Origin: Candidatus Latescibacterota bacterium | GTDB lineage: Bacteria; Latescibacterota; UBA2968; UBA8231 | Assembly: GCA_965248355.1 (NCBI GenBank) | Contig: OZ252098.1 | Coordinates: 3,136,001 to 3,200,000, forward strand | DNA length: 64,000 nucleotides | Direction of reading: 5' to 3' | Shown here: one piece after another, positions 8,567-16,693 of the stretch | Layout of the letters: every line of letters starts with the position of its first letter | Numbering within the stretch: the stretch's first letter is position 1 | Made by a program: the position numbers and the translations under genes | Notes under the pieces: generated by a model | What the model saw: only the letters and a program-made list of their open reading frames with translations | Database searches by the model: none | What the model was told of the DNA's origin: nothing

Positions 8567-10516
8567 GTGCCCTCCGACCTCGAAGAGGGCCTCGTCGAGG
8601 CCCAGGCCAACCTCGGGGAGGTCTTCGCCCGCTACGACGAAGCCGCCGTCGAGCTGATCCGAATCGCCCGCCTCGACGGCCACTTCGCCGGCCGCGCCGA
8701 GGCCGACCTGGAGTGGCCGGCCTACCGGCCCGATCAGGACCCTCCCATCGACCCGTCCGGCCTCGAGCGCCGCGCCGCCCTCATCGCCGAGATCTTCGCC
8801 GGCATCCCGCCGCGCCGCGAGCACCGGCTGTCCGACGCCTACGAGCGCTACCAGAAGGCGAGGCCGGCGTACCTGCGCAGCGTGCGCCGCTTCCTGCAGG
8901 TGCAGCGCCAGTTCGTCGTCCACGGCGCCGGGGACGAGCGCGACTTCGGGGAGCTGTACGGGGCCGTCTACATCGACGCCCTCGGCCGCGAGGACCCGGT
9001 CCCCCTCGACGAGGGCGAGGCCGCCCTGGTGGAGTTCAAGGTCGCCCGCGCCCCCCTGGCTCACGCCGCCGCCGTGGTGGAGAAGCTCCGCCCCGCCCCG
9101 GCCGCCGACGACCCCCGCTGGAACGCCGGCTACGAATGGGCGATCGACGGCGAGCGCGGCCAGGGCCCCCTGCGCGACCTGCTCACCGGGATCGCCGCCG
9201 ACGTGGTCGACTACCTGGCCGCCGGCGAGCACCTGGCGATCCGCTACAACACCTTCTCCAACTTCATCTGGTTCGGCATCTCCGTGTGGAAGACGGTCTC
9301 CGAGCTGGAGTTGCTCGCCGCTCGGCTGCGGGACCGGGCGCCGAAGCGCTGGCTCGACCGCCTGGAGCAGCATGTGCGCCTCGCCCAGGCCCTGCTGCTG
9401 CGCTTCCTCCAGGCCCACCTGGAGGACCCGGCGCAGATCCGTCCGAGGGACTATTGGTACGGCCAGCGCTACAGCTACCTCACCCGCGACATGATCGACC
9501 TGACCCGCGGCCTGGTGCGCAAGGCCGAGCGCCTGCGCGCCCGCCACGGCGCCGAGCTGCCCGCCGTGGGGCTGCCGCCCCTGCTGGACGGGACCTCCTC
9601 CGGACGGTGGCACGAGTACGGCCACGTGGGCCGCCAGGGAGAGTTCTCGCCCCTGGCGCGGGCCCGGCGCCTCGTGAAATGGGTGCGCCTCTTCCGCCGC
9701 ACGGCCCGCGAGAAGAAGCGCCTCGACCGCTCGAACCTCTCCGACGCCGAGCGCTACGCTGCCGCCTGGGAGGCCAACCTCGCCTGGGGCCGCGCGACCC
9801 TGGAGAACTTCGGGATCACGGTCTCGGTGATCATCGACCCCGACTTCGCCGACATGGCCCTCGAGCTCGACCTGAAGCCGAAGGGCCGCAAGGTCGTGTT
9901 CTTCCCCACCCACCAGACCCTGCTCGACCACCCGGTGATGTACCGGGCCCTGGAGTCGGAGGAGCTGCTGGCGGCCATGGGCTGGTCGGCGCCCGTGCCC
10001 TGCTGCCTGCTGTCGCGGGGCCGGCTGCTGTCGCAGACGGCGGTGAAGGTGGGGCGGCGGGGGTTCTCCCTCATCGGCGTGAGCCCCGCGGAGACCGACC
10101 GCCTCGCCGAGGAGGTGGACGGCTACGTGGTGCTCTCCCGGGACGAAGGAGGCTCGCCCACGAGGCGCTTCGCCCGCGTCATCGAGGACCGGCCCGGCGT
10201 CGTCTACGGCGGCGGCACGACCTCGGCCTTCGACCTGCAGGTGCTGCCCATGCAGCACGCCTTGTTCGCCCACCTGCCCCAGGACGTGGTCTTCGTGCCC
10301 GTCGCCTTCCGCGGCATCCACGCCCTGTGGCCGAAGTGCCCCCGGGGCAACGTCCAGCTGCGGCCCGGGCACGTGGAGGTCTACGTCTCCCCGCCGGTGC
10401 CCGGAGAGACGACGCTGCTGCCGCGCCGGCGCGCCCTGCGCACGCAGCTGGAGCCGGCCACCCTGTTCCAGGCGATCCACATCGCCACCCTGCTCGATCC
10501 CGGAGAGGAGGACTAG
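8567..10516 (+). CDS. Unknown helical N-terminal region fused to a C-terminal PlsC-type acyltransferase domain
   Basis: VVFFPTHQTLLDHP (HX4D), VYGGGTT in place of FPEGT, VFVPVAFRG. Confidence 0.65.
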   Translation: MPSDLEEGLVEAQANLGEVFARYDEAAVELIRIARLDGHFAGRAEADLEWPAYRPDQDPPIDPSGLERRAALIAEIFAGIPPRREHRLSDAYERYQKARPAYLRSVRRFLQVQRQFVVHGAGDERDFGELYGAVYIDALGREDPVPLDEGEAALVEFKVARAPLAHAAAVVEKLRPAPAADDPRWNAGYEWAIDGERGQGPLRDLLTGIAADVVDYLAAGEHLAIRYNTFSNFIWFGISVWKTVSELELLAARLRDRAPKRWLDRLEQHVRLAQALLLRFLQAHLEDPAQIRPRDYWYGQRYSYLTRDMIDLTRGLVRKAERLRARHGAELPAVGLPPLLDGTSSGRWHEYGHVGRQGEFSPLARARRLVKWVRLFRRTAREKKRLDRSNLSDAERYAAAWEANLAWGRATLENFGITVSVIIDPDFADMALELDLKPKGRKVVFFPTHQTLLDHPVMYRALESEELLAAMGWSAPVPCCLLSRGRLLSQTAVKVGRRGFSLIGVSPAETDRLAEEVDGYVVLSRDEGGSPTRRFARVIEDRPGVVYGGGTTSAFDLQVLPMQHALFAHLPQDVVFVPVAFRGIHALWPKCPRGNVQLRPGHVEVYVSPPVPGETTLLPRRRALRTQLEPATLFQAIHIATLLDPGEED

Positions 10517-10861
10517 ATGTCCCTCACCTTCTACCTGTGGCTGCACCTGGCGGGCCTGGGCCTGCTGCTGCTGGCCCTCGGCGGCATGGCCCGGCTCGCG
10601 GGGGAGCGGAACCGCATGCTGGCCGCGGCCCACGGCCTGGGCCTGCTCCTGTCCTTTGTCAGCGGTTTCGGCCTGCTGGCCAAGGCCGGGATCCCCTGGC
10701 CGTGGCCGGGGTGGGTCTTCGGCAAGATCCTGCTGTGGCTCGTGCTTGGAGCCGCCCCGGCCGTGATGCGGCGGATGCAGGGGCGGGCCGCGGCCCTCTT
10801 CTGGGGCCTCTGGGCGCTGTTCCTGCTGACCGCCTGGCTGGCCGTGCTCAAGCCCTTCTGA
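10517..10861 (+). CDS. Small four-helix membrane protein
   Basis: Hydrophobic 114 aa ending LKPF. GAGGAG SD, starts directly after the upstream TAG. Confidence 0.75.
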   Translation: MSLTFYLWLHLAGLGLLLLALGGMARLAGERNRMLAAAHGLGLLLSFVSGFGLLAKAGIPWPWPGWVFGKILLWLVLGAAPAVMRRMQGRAAALFWGLWALFLLTAWLAVLKPF

Positions 10862-10876
10862 GCGGGGGACCGCTCC

Positions 10877-11914
10877 TCACACGGGCAGCTCGACCCCGAA
10901 GCCGGGGCCGCCCGTCCAGCGCGCGCGGCCGTCGCGCAACTCCCGCCCGCCGACCCACTCCATCCACGGGCGCCCGCTCTCGGCCAGGGGCTCCGGGTCG
11001 AGGGCGGCGATGGCGTGCAGCCCCCAGACCTCGGAGCCGCGGTGCGGGCAGACGCGCACGCCGTGGTCCCGCGCCAGCCGGTAGATCTCCACGAGCTGGG
11101 TCAGCCCCCCGCACCAGCAGACGTCGGGCTGGTAGATCCGGTGGCAGCCGCGGTCCATCAACTCGGCGAAGGCGCGGGCCGTGAACTCGTGCTCGCCGCC
11201 GGCGATCGGCACCGGCGAGCGCTGAGCCAGCCAGGCGTAGCCGTCGAGATCGTCGGAGGGCAGCGGCTCCTCCAGCCACACCAGACCCAGATCGGCCACC
11301 TCCTCGCACAGGGCCAGCACGCGGGCGGGGTCGGTCCAGCCCATGCCCGCGTCGGCCATGAGCTGCACGCCGCCGCCGGCCCGCTCCCGGGCGCGCCTCA
11401 GGAGGTCGGCGGCGCCGTCGTCCGGGGAGCCTGGATCGTAGCGGCCCAGGCCGCCGAGCTTCACCGCGCCGAAGCCCGCGTCAAGAGCCTCGGTGATACC
11501 CTGCAGGCCGTCCGCCCCGTCGAGGCCGGTCGTGCTGTAGGCGGGGACCTCGGCGGCCGGGGACTCGGCCAGCAGGCCGGCCACCGGCTTTCCCGCGGCC
11601 TTGGCTCGCAGGTCCCACAGGGCGAGGTCGACGCCGCTGATGGCCATGAGGGCCAGGCCCTTGCGCCCGTAGGCCAGGGTCGCCCGGTACATGGCCTCCC
11701 AGAGGCCCTCCAGGTCACTCGCGTCGGCGCCGGTCAGCAGGGGCCGCAGCTCCCGCTCGATCACGTGGATCCCGGCCGCGCCTCCGGCGCCCATGCCGTA
11801 GCCTACCAAGCCGCCGGCCTCGACCGCCACCGACAGCTGTCCCAGAAAGCCGCGCCAGTCCCGGGGCGCGCTGTCCGCCTCCGGTTGCGCGGCGCGCACG
11901 TCCGTGATTTTCAT
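10877..11914 (-). CDS. Mandelate racemase/muconate lactonising enzyme family (acid-sugar dehydratase-like)
   Basis: MKITDV start, AISGVDLALWDL, MADA, WLEEP, IAGGEHEF, QPDVCWCGG. Confidence 0.92.
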   Translation of the reverse strand: MKITDVRAAQPEADSAPRDWRGFLGQLSVAVEAGGLVGYGMGAGGAAGIHVIERELRPLLTGADASDLEGLWEAMYRATLAYGRKGLALMAISGVDLALWDLRAKAAGKPVAGLLAESPAAEVPAYSTTGLDGADGLQGITEALDAGFGAVKLGGLGRYDPGSPDDGAADLLRRARERAGGGVQLMADAGMGWTDPARVLALCEEVADLGLVWLEEPLPSDDLDGYAWLAQRSPVPIAGGEHEFTARAFAELMDRGCHRIYQPDVCWCGGLTQLVEIYRLARDHGVRVCPHRGSEVWGLHAIAALDPEPLAESGRPWMEWVGGRELRDGRARWTGGPGFGVELPV

Positions 11915-11928
11915 CCCCTCTCCTTCCA

Positions 11929-12750
11929 ATGACGATCGACGTCCTACTCCTCGGCGGCCGGGGCAGGATCGGCTCCGGCCTGCGCATGTACCTGCCGCGC
12001 CTCGACCCCGCGTACCGGTTCACCTCCGTCGACCTGCCGGGGTGCGAGGACCAGGCCACGGAGCCGGTGCCCCAGCGCGACTTCGTCGGCCTCGACATCG
12101 CCGCCGAGCCCGGCCGCGTGCGCGAGCTGATGGCCGGCCGCGACCTGGTCGTCTACCTGGCGCGCCGGGGCTCCCTGGCCGAGATGAACGCCATGACCGA
12201 CCTCGTCTTCAAGGCGGTCCTGGCCCAGGAGCCGGTGCCCATGGTCATCGGCGCCAGCTCGGTCCACGCCTGCGACGGCGCCTACAGCGTCGACGAGGGC
12301 CCCTGGTCGATCTGGGCCGAGCGCCGCTTCGACGAGCTGGACCCGGCGCCGGAGCGCGTCTCGAGCCTCATCGAGGCCTGTCCCACCAACGACTACGGCC
12401 GCGAGAAGGCCCACGTGGAGCAATGGTGCGAACGGCTGGCCGCCCTCGGCCACGGCGCCGTGGCCGCCCGCTGGGGCGGCATCAACCCGGCCAACGCCAT
12501 GACCGCGGAGAAAGGCTACTTCGCTCTCTGGTGCCACCAGGAGGACGCGGCCCGGTTCGTCCATGCATGCTGCACGGCGCACCGCAACGGAACCCTGCGC
12601 AGCGGCGCCCACTACTTCGTGGTCTCGGACAACACCCGCAACATCTTCGACATCGACCTCGCCCGCCGCGAGATCGGCTATCGGCCCGTGCACGATGCCG
12701 AGCAATTCTACTCTACGCCGGGGGGTGAGGGGCGGAAACCGCCCCATTGA
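11929..12750 (+). CDS. NAD-dependent epimerase/dehydratase (extended SDR)
   Basis: LLGGRGRIG Rossmann motif, GASSVHA, YGREK (YxxxK). Confidence 0.85.
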   Translation: MTIDVLLLGGRGRIGSGLRMYLPRLDPAYRFTSVDLPGCEDQATEPVPQRDFVGLDIAAEPGRVRELMAGRDLVVYLARRGSLAEMNAMTDLVFKAVLAQEPVPMVIGASSVHACDGAYSVDEGPWSIWAERRFDELDPAPERVSSLIEACPTNDYGREKAHVEQWCERLAALGHGAVAARWGGINPANAMTAEKGYFALWCHQEDAARFVHACCTAHRNGTLRSGAHYFVVSDNTRNIFDIDLARREIGYRPVHDAEQFYSTPGGEGRKPPH

Positions 12751-12775
12751 CGATTTCGGGATCCCTCCTTATACT
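12747..12775 (+). promoter_or_regulatory. Sigma-70 promoter of the aspS leader
   Basis: TTGACG (12747-52), 17-bp spacer, TATACT (12770-75). Predicted start about 12782, a few nt before the leader ATG. Confidence 0.75.
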
Positions 12776-12785
12776 CTCAACTCTC

Positions 12786-12848
12786 ATGAACAACAATCCA
12801 ACCAAAACTGGCGATAATAATCCGCCCGACCTATTGCGCGTGTTCTGA
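12786..12848 (+). CDS. Putative Asn/Asp-rich leader peptide MNNNPTKTGDNNPPDLLRVF
   Basis: 20 codons with 5 Asn and 2 Asp, AT-rich for this genome. Lies between a promoter and a terminator upstream of aspS sequence. Confidence 0.7.
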   Translation: MNNNPTKTGDNNPPDLLRVF

Positions 12849-12878
12849 ACGACTGACTCCAACTGTATCCTTAGATCC

Positions 12879-12913
12879 AACCCGTCGCGGGCACGCATCG
12901 CGGCGGGTTTTTT
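12879..12913 (+). terminator. Intrinsic terminator (attenuator) with an overlapping alternative antiterminator helix
   Basis: Stem AACCCGTCGCG / CGCGGCGGGTT (11 bp, one G-U), 9-nt loop, T6 at 12908-13. 12838-53 can pair with 12884-96. Confidence 0.85.
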
Positions 12914-12928
12914 CATGCCTCATGGGGC

Positions 12929-13812
12929 GTGCCGAGCCGGCTCTACCCCGGCCGCTTCTACGCGCTGCCCCAGTCGCCGCAGCAGTTCAAGCAGCTGCTG
13001 ATGGTCTCCGGCTTCGATCGCTACTTCCAGATCGCCCCCTGCTTCCGCGACGAGGATGCCCGAGCCGACCGCTCTCCCGGGGAACACTACCAGTGCGATA
13101 TCGAGATGCCCTTCGTCGAGCAGGAGGACGTCTTCGCCGTCGTGGAGGAACTCTTCTCCGGTCTGTTTCACGAGTTCACCGACTGGCAAGTGAGCGGCCC
13201 TCCCTTTCCCCGTCTCTCCCACGCCGAGGCCATGCTGCGTTTCGGCACGGACAAGCCGGACCTGCGCTTCGGGCTGGAGATCCGGGACCTGTCCCACATT
13301 TTCGCAGGCTCCTCGTTCAGGCTGTTCCGGGAGATCGTCGCCGAAGGTGGGGTGGTCCGCGCATTGTGCGTTCCCAAACTCGAGGCCCAGCCGCGCTCGT
13401 TCTTCGACGGCCTCGGGGCGTTCGTGAAAGAATCGGGCGGCCAGGGGCTGGCCTGGCTCATCAACGGGGCCCAGGCCACAGGATCGATCGCCGCGGCCCT
13501 CGAACAGAGCACGATCAGCAGCATCACCGAGGCGTGCTCAGCCGATCCGGGGTCGGCGGTCCTCCTCATCGCCGGATCGCCGGGTGAGGCGGCGCACCTG
13601 GCGGGACGGTTGCGCCTGCCTCTTGCATGCCGCAGGGTGGGATGGATGCCCTGGAGAGGCGACCGCCGCTGGAGATCAAGGCGTATCAGTACGACATCGT
13701 CTGCAACGGCCTGGAGCTGTCGAGCGGCGCCATCCGCAACCACCGGCCGGACATCATTTACAAGGCCTTCGAGATCGCCGGGTACCCGCGCCGGGAGGTG
13801 GAGCGCCGGTTT
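12929..13812 (+). pseudogene. aspS: Aspartate--tRNA ligase remnant lacking its N-terminus, an internal segment and its C-terminus
   Basis: VPSR..PGRFYALPQSPQQFKQLLMVSGFDRYFQIAPCFRDED (motif 2), FGTDKPDLR, GAD insert. After a frameshifting deletion near 13623 it resumes MPQGG...[20 protein letters not shown]. Motif 3 is absent. Confidence 0.92.
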
Positions 13813-14571
13813 GTGCCCGGGCTGCCGCTCTCGTTTCTCGACCACAACCTGGGTCGAGGAATTCACTACTGACACTCCCGAGGAACAGATTGTGCTTTCC
13901 TTCCTCGATGCTGATGCTCTGATCGGTAGAGCGGCAAAACCTCTGGCGAGGCTTGCCAATATCAACGATGCGTCGTTGCCGGATATCGAGGCCGCCCGCG
14001 AGGCGGCGCGAGAAGCCCGGGAGGCGATCCGCAGCACCGAAGTGCTTTGCGATCTGATCGCAGCACAGCCGCTTTCCGAAGACTCCAGGGTCACTCACTT
14101 CCCTTTCGAGGTCTGGAGGCAGCATCGGCAACCCGCCGTGGCAGGAAGCGACCATAGAGGAACATGCATTCTGGGCGCGTCACTTTCCGGGCCTGCGGGC
14201 TCTTTCCCAGCGCCAGCAGGAAGCGGAGAAAGCCAAGCGGCAGAAGGAGAGGCCCGACTTGGTGTCGCTCTATGAGAGCGAGGTAGCCGAGACCGAGAGG
14301 ATGCGCAAGGCACTGGTTGGTGGTGCCTTCCCCGGGATGGGAACTGGAGACCCCGATCTCTACAAGGCGTCTTGTTGGCGGTTCTGGAGGTTGACCGGCG
14401 AAGACGGCGGACGCATTGGCGTCGTGTTGCCACGTAGTGCGCTCGCAGCCAAGGGTACGACCGACTTCCGTCATACGGTATTCGGTGAATCGGAACAGGT
14501 CGAAGTCACCATGCTGCTCAACCGGGCGGGGTGGGTGTTTGACGAGGCGGAGCACCGCTACACTATAGGTC
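13813..14571 (+). pseudogene. Fragments of an Eco57I-like / type IIG restriction-modification methylase
   Basis: (F)[19 protein letters not shown] at 14124-14141 (amino-MTase motif IV), GDPDLYKA, GRIGVVLPRS. The pieces lie in different frames. Confidence 0.8.
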
Positions 14572-14942
14572 TCGAGCCGTCGGCTCGGCCCACGGGGGGT
14601 CTTCGACGCGGCGGCCATGGGTGGGGGCGGATCTCTCGGGGACAGTGCTGCAGCCAGACCGTGCGGCCGCAGACGCGGACGTCCCGCCAGCGCCGGGGCT
14701 TCATGGTCCGTACGATCTGGCCTCGCCGGCCACATTGCGGACATCGACACCCCGTCTTGTGCGGCTTCACGGCGACCACGAGGTCGCGTCCTCCCGGGCC
14801 TTCGAACCACGAGTCCGCCGCGCGGAACCCCTTGAATTTCAACAGCTTGGAGACTATCTTCCCTGCGGTCATAGGTCGGGTCTCCCTCTCTCCCGCCGGA
14901 GAGTGCTTGATGTGGTGGTAGCACCAAGCTCAGGAGTCGACC
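14572..14942 (-). mobile_element. ISL3-family transposase 5' remnant
   Basis: CRCPQCGRRG...RRWRDV.VCGR zinc-finger start, followed out of frame by PTHGRRVED.PWAEP. Truncated; outer end approximate. Confidence 0.75.
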
Positions 14943-15049
14943 TATGACCTTGTCATGTACTCACGTTTCAGCGTTGAAGAATAAGGCTGGGACTACCAAG
15001 CGAGGCTGGACGGCGTGCGCAGCCATTTCCTGGCGTGGAGGAGTCGTCG

Positions 15050-16198
15050 ATGACCCTGCGTGTCGATGTGAGACCGGAGCTGTTCCGCTGGGCGCGCGAG
15101 CGGGCGGGAGTCGAGCTGGAGGCATTGGTGAAGCGGTTTCCCAAGTACCGGGAGTGGGAGAGCGGGGAGAAACAGCCGACGTTCAAGCAACTTGAGCAGC
15201 TTGCCAACGTCACCCATGCTCCGGTCGGCTCCTTCTTCCTATCTCAGCCACTCCAGGAACCAGTCCCGATACCCGACCTGCGCACCGTCGGCAATCGCTT
15301 TGTCGGCCGACCCAGCGTCGACCTGCTGGACACCGTTTATCTGTGTCAGCAACGGCAGGACTGGTACCGCGAATACGCCCGCATGGAAGGCGAGGATCCG
15401 CTCCTCTTCGTCGGCGCCGCCACACCGGCGAGCGATGTCGAATCCACCGCATCGAGAATAAGAGCGGCTCTCGGCTTCGGCCTCGACGAACGCCGCACAC
15501 TGCGCACCTGGACCGATGCCCTGCGGGGCTTCATCGAGCAAGTCGACTCCCTCGGCGTCCTGGTGATGGTAAACGGCGTAGTCGGCAACAACACCCGCCG
15601 CAAGCTCGACCCGGAGGAGTTCCGAGGCTTTGCCCTCGCCGACGACCTCGCGCCCCTCATCTTCATCAACGGCGCCGACACCAAGGCAGCGCAGATGTTC
15701 ACCCTGGCGCACGAACTGGCCCACATCTGGCTCGGGGAATCGGCCCTGTCCGACGTCGAGCCGGCCTCGATACCCTCTCATCAAATAGAGATGTGGTGCA
15801 ACCGCGTGGCGGCGGAGCTCCTCGTTCCCCAAGGGACGCTACGTGAAGCCTATCGAGGGTGGGAGGACCTGGCGACCCAGCTAAGCCGCTTGGCCCGCCA
15901 TTTCAAGGTGAGCACCCTCGTCGTTCTTCGCCGCATCTTCGACATCGGCGCAATCGACCGCGGCGAGTTCGATCTGGCCTACCGGCGAGAGCTGGATCGC
16001 TTACTGTCCATGGCAACGGCAAGCGGCGGCAACTTCCATCCAACTCTGAAGACGCGGGTCGGACAGAGGTTCGGCCGCGCGCTGGTCGCCTGCACGTTGG
16101 GAGGCAGAACTTCGTTCTCCGAGTCCTTCCGCCTGCTCGGCATCAAGAAGCCAGCGACCCTGCGCGAGTTCGCGGCAAGCCTGGAAGTGGGTTCGTAG
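15050..16198 (+). CDS. XRE-HTH plus ImmA/IrrE family Zn metallopeptidase
   Basis: LFRWARERAG...WESGEKQPTFKQLEQLA HTH, FRGFAL, FTLAHELAH (HExxH), EMWCNRVAAE. GGAGGAG SD. Confidence 0.92.
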   Translation: MTLRVDVRPELFRWARERAGVELEALVKRFPKYREWESGEKQPTFKQLEQLANVTHAPVGSFFLSQPLQEPVPIPDLRTVGNRFVGRPSVDLLDTVYLCQQRQDWYREYARMEGEDPLLFVGAATPASDVESTASRIRAALGFGLDERRTLRTWTDALRGFIEQVDSLGVLVMVNGVVGNNTRRKLDPEEFRGFALADDLAPLIFINGADTKAAQMFTLAHELAHIWLGESALSDVEPASIPSHQIEMWCNRVAAELLVPQGTLREAYRGWEDLATQLSRLARHFKVSTLVVLRRIFDIGAIDRGEFDLAYRRELDRLLSMATASGGNFHPTLKTRVGQRFGRALVACTLGGRTSFSESFRLLGIKKPATLREFAASLEVGS

Positions 16199-16693
16199 AT
16201 GGCGTATCTCCTCGACGCCGATGTCTTCATACGCGCAAAGAACCTGCACTACGGCTTCGACTTCTGTCCCGGATTCTGGGAGTGGCTGATTCAGGCCAAC
16301 GCCCAGGGACGAGTCTTCAGCATTGAGAAGGTCGGGGACGAGATCAAGGCGGGAGACGACAAACTCGCCAAGTGGGGAAAGAAGCGCGGCGAGGGTTTCT
16401 TTCTCGCGCCAACGCCCGCGGTGCTCGAAGCACTTGGAAGAGTGGCGGATTGGGCGAACAGCCAGGACTACCAGCCTACGGCCATCGACACGTTCCTTCA
16501 GGTAGCCGACTACTACCTGATTGCCCACGCCCTGGCCTGCGGCTATGAGGTAGTTACCCACGAAATCCCATCCTCGTCCAGGAACAGGATCAAGATTCCC
16601 AACGTCTGCATCGGTCTTTTCGTCAAGTGTCTGACACCGTATGAGATGCTGCGCCGGGAACGGGTGCGGTTGGTATTGGGGGCCGCTGCATGA
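16199..16693 (+). CDS. DUF4411 family PIN-like protein
   Basis: YLLDADVFI..KNLHYGFDFCPGFWEWL, ADYYLIAHA, VVTHE, IKIPNVC. Confidence 0.88.
   Translation: MAYLLDADVFIRAKNLHYGFDFCPGFWEWLIQANAQGRVFSIEKVGDEIKAGDDKLAKWGKKRGEGFFLAPTPAVLEALGRVADWANSQDYQPTAIDTFLQVADYYLIAHALACGYEVVTHEIPSSSRNRIKIPNVCIGLFVKCLTPYEMLRRERVRLVLGAAA

Noticed and set aside
12929..14275. 448-aa ORF as a genuine AspRS fusion protein
   Set aside because: It is read-through across deletion junctions, partly out of frame, and lacks the anticodon domain and motif 3.
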